Below the pieces are notes generated by a model. The model was not told the origin of the DNA, made no database searches, and saw only the letters and a program-made list of their open reading frames with translations. A stretch of 64,000 nucleotides of DNA from Octopus vulgaris (Eukaryota): positions 41,168,001 to 41,232,000 of the forward strand of contig OX597814.1 of the NCBI GenBank assembly GCA_951406725.2. Direction: 5' to 3'. The position numbers were made by a program, and so were the translations under genes. How positions within the stretch are numbered: the stretch's first letter is position 1; each line of letters begins with the position of its first letter. Positions 28,330 through 41,214 of the stretch are shown here, piece by piece.

Positions 28330-30340
28330 TCATTCTGGGCCATACATCCTGAATGACCCAATAAACATAGAAGATGGAAATAAGATATAATTTATAGACA
28401 AAGAAATACGTACAAGGTACATGGACCATCCTCTCACCTATGAGGGAACAAGAACTCTGGAAACGAAGAATGATCACACAATAATAGAATTCCTTTTTTA
28501 GGGAGAAAATAACTCAATTATACACCAGACTCGACACAACATAAATTTTTAATGAGCACACAGAACATATAGACACAAAGATCATAAATTTGTGAAACAG
28601 AAACCTCAACAAGAATGCGATGAATCTCCTATTGAAAGGTTTCAAATTTACTCCGACAACAAACCCTAATCTCATTGACGTGAAACCAGATATTGAATAT
28701 ATTAATCGCCACCTACCACTTAGAGACTTTTTCGGCAATAAGGATTTAAATGACGAATCAAATGTCAGAAGTAAATCCTATTTCTTCCCCTACAAGGGAA
28801 ATGACATACAATTAGATGCATATATAGACGCATTTACTAACTTACACCACAGTAACCGTAAAGTCTTCGTGAAAAATAAAAGGAAACATTTCTTACAATG
28901 AACAATGACAATTCAATCATCCTAAAATAAGCCGATAAGGGTGGGGTGCAATCATTGACAAATACTACTATAAAGATAAAATATTGGAAATTCAACCAGA
29001 CCAAACTTACTGCAAGGAAGAAACTACACACCAGGAAAAAGCAATAATGAATGAAGGACAGCGAGCTGGCAGAACCATTCGTACACGGGCGAAATGCTGT
29101 GCGGTATTATGTCTGCCGTTACGCTCTGAGGTCAAATTCCATCGAGGTCGACTTTTCTATTCATCCCTCGGTATTCATTAAATAAGTACCAGTTACGCAC
29201 TGGGGTTCATATAATCGACTTAATCCATTTATCTGTCCTTGATTTCCCCTCTATGTTTAGCCCCTTTGTGGGCAATAATGAAACAAATGTTGACTGACGT
29301 CAAAACACCAATTCATGAATCCCAACATTCCTTAACAGACAACGAGAAAGAAAATTTATGCGAATCTAATCAAAGATAGACATGTCTACGGATTACCCAA
29401 AATACACAAAAGCTCCAAAATACAGTCATAAAGGAACAAATGAACCGATACATAAAAATACTAAGACCTACTGACCTCCAACTGAAACCAATAGTTGCTG
29501 GACCTCAAGCACCATTCACATCAGAGAATCAAAGAGAATTATTCGTACAAAAATGTGGAGATAGCAGATATGAAACATGCAACGACATCATTTTCAAATA
29601 TTTAGAAAGTGGTTCTCACATGAAATTCAATAGTGGATTTTCGTTCAAAGCAAATGAAGATATGGACTAGAAGGCACAGAATCTCTTATATATCATTATT
29701 TTCACCAAATTCAAGGAAGAGTTCATTGGCGAAATAAATACTTCCCTCTGCCAACGTGTGCGAATCCACAGACAACACATCCGACAGAAGGAATTGCCCA
29801 AGATACCAGTAAGCAAGCATTTAGAATATGCGGTGAAGTAAAGTTCAAAACTCATTTACAAATGTTCAAGTGATGCCCCAAAGTTCTGAAAAGCAATGGA
29901 GCTACACATCATCAAAAAATTCTCTCCAAAATTAAATGTTTCAAAGACGAACAGGAACTACATTTTGTCAAAAAGACTGTAAAGAGATACAGAGACAATA
30001 TGGATGAACACCCCTCCAAATGAAACAAGCTGTAAACATTACATGTTTAGCTCACACAAACGTTGTGCAAGTTAATACGACTAGGGACAAATAATACAAA
30101 CGAAAGATCCAATGAACGCTATATTGCTGACTAACAAAATTTACTTACCATGTAAGTTGGCATCAATGTATCCTAGGTAGTTTTGGTGTCTCTCCAGAAA
30201 GCTTCTTGTTTGTTTCACCACTTTATAATAACCATCTTAATAGTAATGATGGGTGAAGAGAAAACATATATATTACATTGTTATTGTGGTTTTTGAATGC
30301 GAATCCAACGTTAATAACGTCATTCTTATCCCTATAAACC
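28330..30340 (+). pseudogene. Penelope-like retroelement (RT N-terminal part + GIY-YIG endonuclease), internally deleted
   Basis: IINL..NLNKNAMNLLLKGFKFTPT (~28580-28660), IILK*ADKGG (~28915-28945), YGLPKIHK (~29387), LKPIVAGPQAP. GIY-YIG region QNLLYIIIFTKFKEEFIGEINTSLCQRVRIHRQHI...VSKHL (29678-29825). The central RT core is missing. Confidence 0.88.
29053..29288 (+). mobile_element. SINE family 2 inserted in the Penelope element
   Basis: CAGCGAGCTGGCAGAACCATT...GAGGTCAAATTCCATCGAGGTCGAC...AAGTACCAGTTACGCACTGGGG...TTTAGCCCCTTTGTGGGCAAT. Confidence 0.85.
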
Positions 30341-30374
30341 ATCATATATATATATATATATTTCTATATCTATA

Positions 30375-30445
<71 letters not shown>

Positions 30446-30499
30446 TTTTATATATAAGTATATAAATATAACATGGGGATTTTGAAATCTCATTACACT

Positions 30500-30683
30500 T
30501 TTCTGTTTTACTTATTTCAGACATTCAACTGCGACCATGCTGGAGTACCGCCTTTAGCCGAGAAAATCGACACCAGGACTTATTTTTGTAAGTCTAGTAC
30601 TTATTTTATCGATCAGGTTTGACGAGGACGCAAACACACCACCATCGGTTGTCATGCGATGTTGGAGAACAAACACATCCACA

Positions 30684-30726
<43 letters not shown>

Positions 30727-31698
30727 GTATATATATATATACACAATATATGCCTACACACGCACGCACACATACATCTACGTATACACATATAGACACA
30801 GACACACACACACACACATACGCACGCACACACGCACACGAATGCACACACCTAAAACTCACAACCCCACGGATACACGTATATACAGCCATATACGCTT
30901 ACACACATACATACAAACGCACATGTACACGCAGACACACTACACGTAATACGACACGCACTCACATACACACACACAATTCTTCACGCACACAATTATA
31001 CATACATGTATACACACATACGCACGCACAAGCACAGACGCACACATACACTAAGTAAAACACAGTTATTCGCCACACACCCAAACTCTACGCATACACA
31101 CACGAACACACACATACATACATACACACCCACTACAAACAAAACACACACACGATACGTATACATACAAACACACACGCATACTTCAAAGTAGCACTAC
31201 TGACCCGTGGCAGAGACAAAAGACATCACTCCTTCTTCTTCGACCTTCACACTACTAGCCCTACAAACACGCTTTGTTCAACAGCCACTACCACACACAC
31301 ACACACGCACACACACACACGCGCACACACACACACACGTGTCATCATTGCACACATGCACACATACACACACACGCACACGCAGACCCCCGCGCACGCA
31401 CATATCCACACCTACACACACATTCTCCTGTCTTTGACAGAACTACTCTTCTGTCTTTGAAAACAACTTTCTTCACCCTTTTCCTTCCGGTCTTTCAAAA
31501 TGTGACCTCATGTGTGCCGTTGGCAATTTTTTATCCTCTGTCTTCCATTCTCTGTATATTTCCTTCTCCTATGTTTCCGACGAAGAGATCCGCTCCAAAC
31601 GTTAAACCCTCCTTCCTTCCTTATTTCCTGAGCGTCCAGTAATACTATATTTATTCCACGTCCTCGCGTTGTTGTGTTTTTTAGGGGCTTTCTTGTTT

Positions 31699-31773
<75 letters not shown>

Positions 31774-31942
31774 CATATATGCGACAGGCTTCTTTCATTT
31801 TCTGTCTACCAAATCCACTCACAAGTTTTTAATCGGGCCGAGGCTATAGAAGACACATGTTCAAGGTACCACGCAGTGGGAATGAACACGGAACCATGTC
31901 GTTGGTAAGTAAGCTACTTACCACACAGCCACTCCTGCGCCT
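30500..31942 (-). mobile_element. SINE family 1, split by a ~1-kb insertion in its internal microsatellite
   Basis: Head at 31780-31942 (AGGCGCAGGAGTGGCTGTGTGGTAAG) and tail at 30500-30690 are collinear with the intact 5575-6005 copy. Confidence 0.8.
31190..31700 (+). mobile_element. PLE-type unit, family A (longer copy), hammerhead variant at 31573-31607
   Basis: 3' 200 bp homologous to 21030-21237; motif GTTT-CCGACGA-A-GAGA-TCC-GCTC-CAAACGTT-AAAC; ends in (TA)n. Confidence 0.75.
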
Positions 31943-33234
31943 AGACTGTTCTTTTAAAATTTACATTTATCCGAGAAAGAATACTAGAACCATTTTGCCC
32001 ACTGATTAGGGAACGTATCTAATGTAGCTACTTGGCGCAAAAATCTCTTTTGAATTATCTTACCGAAGCAAGCGTGTAAAAGAAAGATACATCCTATAAA
32101 TTGATGTAAGATGCTTAAAAATATATTTAAGCAGGACCTGCTTTGTTACATATATGTATCGTAAGGAGTGGCTTCCATCTAAAAACACAGTATAGATGAC
32201 TTTAGAAAAATCTTTTATAATGTTTGATTAAATGTACATAGAGAATAGTCTGAATTATAAACATTACCGAACTGAAATTTTTTTTTTTCCTATTCTGACT
32301 TTATTGTCCTAATTTATAAATATTTTACTAATATTTAATGTTTGTTCGGACACAACATGAAATTGCACAGTGTAAACGAATATAGATTTTCATAGAAATT
32401 TGTACTCATTCATTTTTTAGTGATGAGATCAGCCTCTCATCTTTTCTTATCTTTCACATTGTGCATTTTAAAATTGAGATTACGAAAGGTCACCGGCCAT
32501 TGTGAGAAAATGTGTTTATTTAAAAATATGTGGAAAGATATACAATGAGAAAGGAAATAGGAGTAAAAGAAAAGAAGAAGAAAAAAGAAAGAAAAGAAAA
32601 AAAGAAAATTGCTTTTTAATGAAATCTCAATGGATTGACCACAGCAATCTGAAAAGAAAACTCACTTCCCTACTCTATCTCTATTTATCTATATATCTAT
32701 CTACCTTTCTATCCACCCATCAGAAATAACCCGTTTCGTTCACGGCTTTCTGAAATTTGTCTACAGACTCGGCTCTGACCGTTCTCTTAAAGAATGTACG
32801 ATTACTGGTGATTAATCTGTCTCTCTTACAACACCAGTATTATTAATAGCACTTTACATCAGCGGGAAATGTGTAATTAACAGATCAGTATTTTCGAAAC
32901 ACTAGAGGTATTTGATATATTTGAAATCATTCCATAAAACAGATACAAATTTGTCCATGCTTGATTCAAACTCGGCTCTCATTTCACGAATGACTTGAAG
33001 TGTCACAACTTTAATACATTCCAAGCTACGCAGAACTTATTGGTAACAAAGAACACATCATTATAAACAGCAGTATATCAGGAGAAACGTGTGTCCTACG
33101 CTATTAAGATTTAATATGGAATCAAAAATAAAGTTCAAACTGTATGAGTTCAGCACTTCTGTCTCACTAGCCAGGAATATCTTATTCCTCAATCATTTCT
33201 TGATGTGGTGAAAAAATCAGCTAGTAACTTTGAA

Positions 33235-33442
33235 TAAGTTGTAGATTTGAACAACAGCTATGTAAGCTCCCTCCGCAAATCCCAAATTTTATTCAATTTG
33301 GTTTGCGAGAGCTACTGTTTTGACAAAGATGCAGCTTGTCCTAGTGCTGAGTAGATCAGTGGACAACTGATGAAGGGATTGTTCTTTATGTTACTTGTCT
33401 TGCTTTTCTATTCGTTTATGTTTTCTGACGTCATTTACCCAT
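33235..33442 (+). repeat. PLE pLTR-like unit, family B
   Basis: AAATCCCAAATTTT...GAGTAGAT...CTGATGAAGGG resembles the reverse complement of 54445-54745 and, more weakly, 60420-60612. Confidence 0.5.
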
Positions 33443-33519
33443 ATATTCATGTGTATATACATCTACACATATATATATGTGGGTATGTACATGTATGCAT
33501 GTATATATGCATATATACA

Positions 33520-33770
33520 TGTGTGTGTCCTTGAGCAAGACACTTCAATTCACGTTCCTCTTATTCACCCAGCTGGCAAAAGTGCGTAGTGCCTCTATTT
33601 CAAAAAGCCATCCTTGTCACATCCTTTGTCTCGCAGAATGTCCCTGAAAAGTACGTTAATTTCATTCGAGTATATAGTGTCATGTTTCGCTTGCACGTTT
33701 ATTTCCCGAGGAGGCTCTCCAGTTGATCAGATCATCTAGAATTCCCGTCTTCATAACTGATGGAGTACTA
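33520..33770 (+). mobile_element. SINE family 3 fragment
   Basis: GTGTCCTTGAGCAAGACACTT (SINE core-like) plus homology to 24930-25005. Confidence 0.65.
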
Positions 33771-35332
33771 TGATAAAATGTCTAACATTATAGGTAGTGT
33801 GCTTATGGAATTCAAGTATATTCGACCATTAGAACAATAGAAGAAAGTTTGATTGAAAAGATAGCAATAAAAACAAAACAAAGTGAAGCCATTCTAAAGA
33901 ACAGCATTACTTGGCAGTGAAAGGAATCTCAGCAACGTCCTCGAGATAGGAAAAGAAATATATCGCTTTAATTCAGTGAAAGAAAACATCAGGAACATTA
34001 ATGACACCACCAGCAATACGCGGCCTATATCAGATATTAATAAAAATAATGATAATTATCACGATCGTGATCGTGATGATAATACCTCTGTTCTTTTACA
34101 GTTGTTGTAGTCTTAGTAGTTGAATTACGTTTCGTTATGTTTCTATGTTGGGGCAATGAAAATAATTCTGTCTGATTTAATGAAACTCAACTGTAATTAG
34201 ATCGCAGTAATTGCTGTTAGCCAATTAATATATAAGTTTGCCGTCTAATTATGACAATTATGTTTGACTAATTAAAATACGTCGCTTTTAACGACGATAG
34301 TGTATTGTATGAACAGTTCATAATAAACAGAACATTCACACATATTTTCAGTTCATGAGCAACATAATATTTGTGTACATACACACAACACGCACATATA
34401 CTCACACACACACCCACACGCATGCACGCCTCACACACCCACACATATTTAGTTTCTTGTACTTCATCTGGTGATGAAACATGGTGTTTGCTGTAATCTG
34501 TTCTTGCTTAGAGCATATGACTTAGCTAATATGTATGAGGACATTAGAATATAATTAGACCACTTAGATTCGTTCGTTTCCAAGTATACATGAATGACAT
34601 ATTGTGTTATTTAAAGTCTACATAAGTTTTAAAAATTATGTTCAATGTCACTTTGATGCTTTTTACTTTCTAGCAAATGACTACCAAATCAGCTAACAGT
34701 ATATATAGACAGACTCATAATTATAATACATCACGTGCTGGTTGTGTGAATATATTTATAATTCACTCAGTTTACACTGTACAGTAACGAAGAAATATTT
34801 ATTATGATAATCTAGGAGTAATATTCTCTGAAACGATATGCACTGTACTTACAGAATTATTGCACAACCAATTCTAGTAGACTCCACTGATGAGGTCCAA
34901 ATAAGGTTCAAAATGTCTATTAAAGATATTCGTCATCTTTCAAACTATGGTTAAATTTATACTGTTTATATATCTACAATATGCGTTGCATATAGCCTAT
35001 CATACCTTGATACTGTATGAATATCGGTCTCTCCTGCGAGGCTGATGCTGATAAATAATGTGTTGAACATTTACGGTATGCCTCAGGATGCTATACCATT
35101 TCCTCATTATATAAACAGATTGGCGGCTTTATTGTCAGGGGTTTGTCGCAAAATGCCATCCATTTATACTTGGAAACGAAAGGATCTCAGTGTTCTTATA
35201 TCCTAATATCTTCGTGTCCTAAGTGTTGCTATATCCTAATGACCTCATACATATAACCGAAGTCATGTTCTGTAGAAACTTTTGATGATAACCCCACCCC
35301 AAATAATTCGAAAATCATCTTTTCAGTTTCTG

Positions 35333-35405
<73 letters not shown>

Positions 35406-35879
35406 ATATCTATCAATCTATCTATCTACCTATCAATCTATCTATCTATCTTTCTATCTATCTCGATATCTATCTATCTCTTTATCCACCTCTCTCTCTC
35501 TATCTCTCTGTCTATAGCCATCTGTCTATCTAATACAATATTAATCATAAAAGGGTAAAATTAATTAATTAATTAATTAATTAATCAATTAAACGATTAA
35601 TAATTTTACCAAGTAAGTTAAAATAACATTTATAGGAAAAATTAAACAAATATTTTATAATTATAAACATAATTATAATTGGGTCAGCTAATTGCTTCAC
35701 CACATACCGAATTTAGAAATAGGTGTTACAAATTCCTTTTCTACAACAGTAAGAATCTCCCAGACAGTAACACACTTTTTTACTTAGGCAAAATGGAAAA
35801 TAATGAATCCAGACGGCTCCGAATAGCCACATACGCGTTTCGAAATTAAATTATGTTTACTTGCTTTTCATCATCTGTA

Positions 35880-36515
35880 GTGGGTCATCCCATAAATAAT
35901 GCTTTTGTTTTCGAATGCGTGAGCTAAAAGTCGGAGGGGGACGGTGTAAACTACCTGGATCAACTTCCTATAAAAGCAGGTAGTAATTTTTCTTGTGCTT
36001 ATACTTAGTGCAAGTTTTAAAGAGTGCAGTTCAATTTTAACAGTTATTATTATTTTTCTTTTGGTTCAATGCTGTAATGGAAGTGACGAAGAAGCATATT
36101 CGGCATATTTTGTGTTATGAGTTCAATAAAGATTACAAGGAATCCGAAAGTGCGGGGAATATTAGTGTAGTATATGTAGGACAGAAATAAGCTTAAGTCA
36201 GTGTCAATGGTGGTAACAGGAATTCCAAGCCCGAAACTATAGCCTCCACGATGGAGCTCGATGAGGACGTCCTGCAAACCCTGCTGAAACAAAATCCCTT
36301 CGTAACTGTTCAAGAACTAGCTGAGAATTTGGTCATTTCACGATGAAAGATGTTCTTCTAAAGTAATGCTCGGCCACATACAGCGAGGATAACTTTCCAA
36401 ATGCTAGAGCTTTTTGTATGTGAAACGATGCACCACCTACCATATTTGCCAGACTTTGCCCCATCTGAATATCAGTTAATCTGCTGTTTCCAAAATCATT
36501 TGGATGGAAACAAAC
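35880..36515 (+). mobile_element. Decayed, internally deleted mariner
   Basis: MEVTKKHIRHILCYEFNK (N-terminus, from 36077); HLPYLPDFAPSEYQLICCFQNHLDG corresponds to the YSPDLAPSDY motif. Confidence 0.85.
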
Positions 36516-36974
36516 ATGAATTCTACATACACACATTCATACATACATACATATATACATTCATATATACATACATACATACATGCATACGTACGCACAT
36601 AATACATACATGTATGTGTACGTGTATGCATGTCTCCATGTATATAGAATGTATCTGCTTTTCTTATTATATTAGTTTATTTCTTTCATTTATTCTTTTT
36701 CATATACATTTTCTTTAGACGCACTACTTTTTCTGCATTTGATACTAATGAAGAAATGTGTTCCAAATATTTTCTCGTTATTATTTTTCAGTCCTCATTC
36801 ACCATATTGTGATTTTAAAAAATCCTCCGCCTCCAGAATTCGATCCTATGCTTTAGTTTGTATTTTAGCTTGCTGATGAGAATTCCCTACTGAGCATATT
36901 TGCAAAACTGGGAATAACTATAGTGAACAGTTTTAGCATTATTTTACAGGCTTTCTCAAATTCACTGACAGGTC

Positions 36975-37428
36975 CCAATTTTTAAAACCTTCCTTAACTG
37001 TTCCAAAAAATGCATGAAAGTTTGATACAATATAAAGGACATAATGGAAATTAATATGCACGAGTCAAATTTTGCAACATCATTACATCATTGCAACAAC
37101 ACTACATCACATATGAAAAATGACATCCTTAAAGAGCAACGATATTATTACGTCAACAACCCTAGTGCAACTGAAGGAGAACATGAAGAGAGAAATCAAA
37201 GAAGTGGAGTCGGAAACTCTTTAGTGGGTTATGGTGCAGCTTTTAGAATGAGCACGCGCGTGCGTAGCCGAACATATCATTTTTCATATGTGATGTAGGG
37301 GTGTTGCAAAATTTGACTTGTGCATATTTACTTCCTTTATATTGTATCAAGATTTCATCCATTTACTTGTAAATTAAAGGAAGTTATTAAAAATTAAAAC
37401 TCATAAGTAACTTTTGGTACACTCTGTA
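36975..37428. mobile_element. Fold-back MITE (Tc1/mariner-type terminus)
   Basis: Inverted blocks TTGATACAATATAAAGGA / TCCTTTATATTGTATCAA, GAGTCAAATTTTGCAACA / TGTTGCAAAATTTGACTT, ACATCACATATGAAAAATGA / TCATTTTTCATATGTGATGT. Right end CTTTTGGTACACTCTG|TA. Confidence 0.65.
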
Positions 37429-37438
37429 TATATATATA

Positions 37439-38543
37439 CTGGTATGGGACAAAATAATGGAAACGTCTTAAAATTTAAAACAAATTTACTTTCATACGGA
37501 ATGACCTTCTTTGGCAGTAATTACAGCTCGAATATTACGAGGCATGGACTAGTACAAATTTTGAATTGTTTCCCAAGGAATTTTTGACCATTCTTTAGCT
37601 AAAAGTCTCCAGTCTTTGTTATGATGATGGTGGAGGATATCGAGACCTTACATGTTATTCTAAAATGCACCGTAATGTTCAATAATATTGAGATCTGGTG
37701 ACTGTTGTGGGCAGATAAGATGTTCAACTTCCTTAAAATGTTCCTAGTGCTATTCATTAACAGCTTTAGAGGTATGAATTGGTGTATTATCATCCTGAAA
37801 GATTGCGTTTCCCTTCGGAAACAGTGCCGCGACCATAGGATGAATTTGATCAGATAAAATGCTTAAAGTGTCTTGACAATTAATTCTGCCACGAAATGAT
37901 TCTATTCTATTCTATTCTATTCTATTCTATTCTAAACGCTTTGCAACGTTTCTTTTTGAAATTATTAATTTTCTGATTGCTGTCATCCCATTAAATCCAG
38001 CTATGTGTAGCGTCCAGCGAACAGGTTTTGTGAAAGCGGATTCTGGGGATGGTCCTTAATCTCTGCTGTCATTTTGGAAGCAGTGCATTTGTGATCTTTT
38101 CTGATAACTCGCGTAAGCATCCAACGGTCCCTACCTGAAAGTTTTGGTTTCCTTCCGAAGTTTTTTTCGACGAGGAGGTTTTTCCCTCTTTCGCAAAGGC
38201 TGTCATTACTTTCGAGAGAATACTTCTTGATACACCAAATATTTCGGCTCGTTTCTTTGCGCTAGCACCTGCCATATGAGCCCTAACAATTTGACCTCTT
38301 TGAAAGCCCGATAGATCTGTCATTTTAATTTTATGTACATTTTTGTGATGGAACAGCAAGTTTGTGAAGAAACAGCAATTTTCGCTAAGAAATTTTGTGA
38401 AGAAACAGCAATTTCAGCAAAAACATATTAAGCAACAATAATAATCAATCAAAAATCATAAAAATAAGCAAGCTTTTGACAGTTTTATAGATATTTCAAA
38501 TTTATGATGCTAGGTGTTTTTTTATTATTTCGTCTAACCACTG
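37439..38543 (-). mobile_element. Tc1-family (DD34E-type) transposon, decayed
   Basis: MTDLSGFQRGQIVRAHMAGAS...IFGVSRSILSKV (paired-like HTH), IFQDDNTPIHT, PQQSPDLNIIEH. Degenerate TIRs (GGACAAAATAATGGAAAC / GTTTTTTTATTATTTCGTCTAACCACTG|TA). Confidence 0.9.
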
Positions 38544-38548
38544 TATAT

Positions 38549-39095
38549 ACAGTTATTCAAAACGAATGAACTGATCATATACAATATTTTATTAAGGGGC
38601 AGCTATAAAAAAAAATCCAACTAAATCACAAGTATTTACTCACAATCAACTTTTATTTCCTGTCTTAGAAGTGTACAATTTGTCCACCACCTGCAGCACG
38701 GGCAACATCAATGCAATAAGAGAATTCCTCCTAGATGCGTGTCAGCATATCACGATCCACTGAGTACGTCTTTGGCTGAAAGGTTGCATGTTTTATCAAA
38801 GTTTTTCAATTTCCCTTCTGTGTCCATATGTCCTGAAATCGCCTTAAGCAAAGCAAATTTATTCTTTAGTTCCATAATGAATTTGATTTTGATATGTTGA
38901 AACGTGTCTGGGAGGAATTTCTCTTATTGCATTGATGTTGACTGTGCTGCAGGTTGTGGCCAAATTGAACACACGTAAGACAGGAAATAAAAGTTGATTG
39001 TGAATAGATACTTGTGACTAAGTTGAAGTTTCTATTGCTTTTCCTTGTTAAAATATTGCGTAATGAAATCGGTTCACTCTTTATGAATAAATATG
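38549..39095. mobile_element. Palindromic MITE built from two transposon 3' ends
   Basis: 38549-38757 is a reverse complement of 38885-39095. The arms resemble DMLKRVWEE..YCIDVDCAAGCGQIEHT* (with a frameshift), like Tc1/mariner-superfamily C-termini ending GGHIEHL. Confidence 0.75.
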
Positions 39096-39106
39096 CACAT
39101 ATATAT

Positions 39107-39270
39107 TGCTTGATCACGTAACCGACCAGGCTATCAGATCTGTTACACATCGCTTCTCACAATGCGTTTTTACATTGATTTAGTTTTGAAATGATACCAC
39201 CCCGCTATCTAGGTGAGCAGGTCAACATCCACCCCTAATCGAAAGGAATAATGGAGCAAAGCAAAATGAA
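39107..39270 (-). mobile_element. Probable SINE 3' fragment
   Basis: Minus strand ...GCATTGTGAGAAGCGATGTGTAACAGATCTGATAGCCTGGTCGGTTACGTGATC; abuts the RTE fragment. Confidence 0.45.
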
Positions 39271-39271
39271 A

Positions 39272-39712
39272 TGATTTTCAGAATGTGTCTCAGACATCTC
39301 TCATGGAATCTTTGAATGTCCTGTACATGTCGTTTGTAAAGGGTCCACGTTGCGCATGCGTAAATGAGCAATGTCCCTACACATGCACGGTACACAGTAA
39401 TTTTTCTTCGCCTTGTGAATCCATATTGGGACGTGGCACGAGACTCAAGAGAATTTATATATAACATATATATCCCAGCAGAGCAGTCCACAGCAAAAGC
39501 ATGAGCGAGAGTAGTAGCAAATTACAGCGAAAAGAGAGTTGGGGCAAGGACGACACCCTGCTTGATACCATTCTCTTTAGGGATGTGTCCCGCCTTTCCA
39601 CCACCAATATCGACCCAAGCCTACATCCCACCATGAAATGATTCTATAATTGATAAAAAAGTGAATTCGGGCATCTATGTTTGCCAAGTAATTTCCATAG
39701 GGAGGCACTGTT
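39272..39712 (-). pseudogene. RTE LINE RT fragment
   Basis: GIKQGVVLAPTLF and KITVYRACVGTLLIYACATWTLYKRHVQDIQRFHERCLRHILKI. Confidence 0.85.
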
Positions 39713-39749
39713 CACATTATCTCCAAATACATATACACACACATACACA

Positions 39750-39809
<60 letters not shown>

Positions 39810-41214
39810 TTGTTTTAACTGACTGTAGAAGCAACATTGTCATTAAAATATCGGAAGCGAAAATACACAGAAAACCTTGCGAGGAAGTCGGTAACGTCAC
39901 AATGACGTAATATTTACAGAAATGATACCTCCCCCATTTAGAATCTTTTGTTTTCAGAAAATATAGTTAGTCGACTATCAGAAAGCTATATGACATTTCG
40001 TGAAAGAATTTAGACAGAACATTAAGAATGTATCTCTAAAATCTATAAACAATCATTTAAAATAAAGTGGACCAGGTGAATTAATAACATGTTTGGAAAC
40101 AGTGGCGTTCTGCACATTCTATTTTAGAAGATACATTTACAAATTCCATCGTACATTAAATCTTCATGCTAACATTCTGTACGCAATATTGTACAAATTA
40201 TGATGCATTTCTCATGGCATTTGAAGGAATAGAATTATGCCTGTCTTGAGATGATTCCAAGGCTTGTAATGTTATCTACTAACGTTTTGCTTTTTATTTT
40301 TATGTATGTATTCTATTGTGTTTCAATTGTTTAGAAAACTGTGTTTGATATTCAGATGTTGTATGACAATACAACAGCTTCAGATGTGACGTAGAGACGT
40401 TAAGAAACAAATAATGTCGTCATCTCGCAGGTCTCACGGAGGTTTCAAGGCGATGCTGCTACCATATAAACCTTTTTGTTGATGCATTTGCTCCAACTGA
40501 GATTGTTGCAGACATACTGATTATAGAAGTTCTAAGAAATTCCCATAGGAAAGACATCATGACTACTTAAGCGCATCTTTTATGATTTTTCCCCGGCACT
40601 CAGTTTATCATGTGACCCTTTTATTATGTATAAAAATTGATTGCAGAATATGGAAGAGACTCGGGGTGTATTACTTGCTACTATGATAGCTTTCTGAATT
40701 AAGATCACGAGAAAACATTCATATTTCTCTGCTTCATGATACTAAATTCAAGTGTATTTCTGAACTTTTGAGGTTTTACAAGGAAGACTTCTATTAATTT
40801 CAAAGAAATACAAAACTCTCATTTAAATTAGTATCGTTTGACATTTAAATCAGGACCCTCTGATTTCAGTGCACTTGTAACGTTCCTGCCACTTCATTAA
40901 GGGCCTCGTGAAATTCTTCCAAAATGGACCCGTCTCAGTCTTCTTATTGTCTACAAACCGATTCTCCAAAGGTTTTCTATCATCGCGTGGAGGAGCTAAA
41001 TGACACAAGAGCAAAGGTCTGGGCTATAAGAAAGGTGAGGGACAAAACTAATACCCTTTTGTGTCAAATAATTCCATATTGTAACACAATATGGAATTGT
41101 AATAATAGGTGTTTGTAAGCTGTAACAAGAATTGTTTAGTAGAGTATGTTCAAATTACTGCTTCGAACATATCCCAAATTCTGGAATAAAAGAGGTCGGT
41201 AAGTCAGTTGAATA

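Noticed and set aside
34885-34922. CCA-CTGATGA-GGTCCAAATAAGGTTC-AAAATGTC hammerhead-like string
   Set aside because: GAAA is mutated, stem II is imperfect and stem I is unpaired; at best an old relic.
36870-36925. CTGATGA followed by an ATTCCC/GGGAAT stem
   Set aside because: No GAAA or stem III and no stem I.
40850-41040. Possible host exon (MDPSQSSY...WAIRK then AAG|GTGAG)
   Set aside because: No recognisable domain or partner exons; needs RNA-seq.
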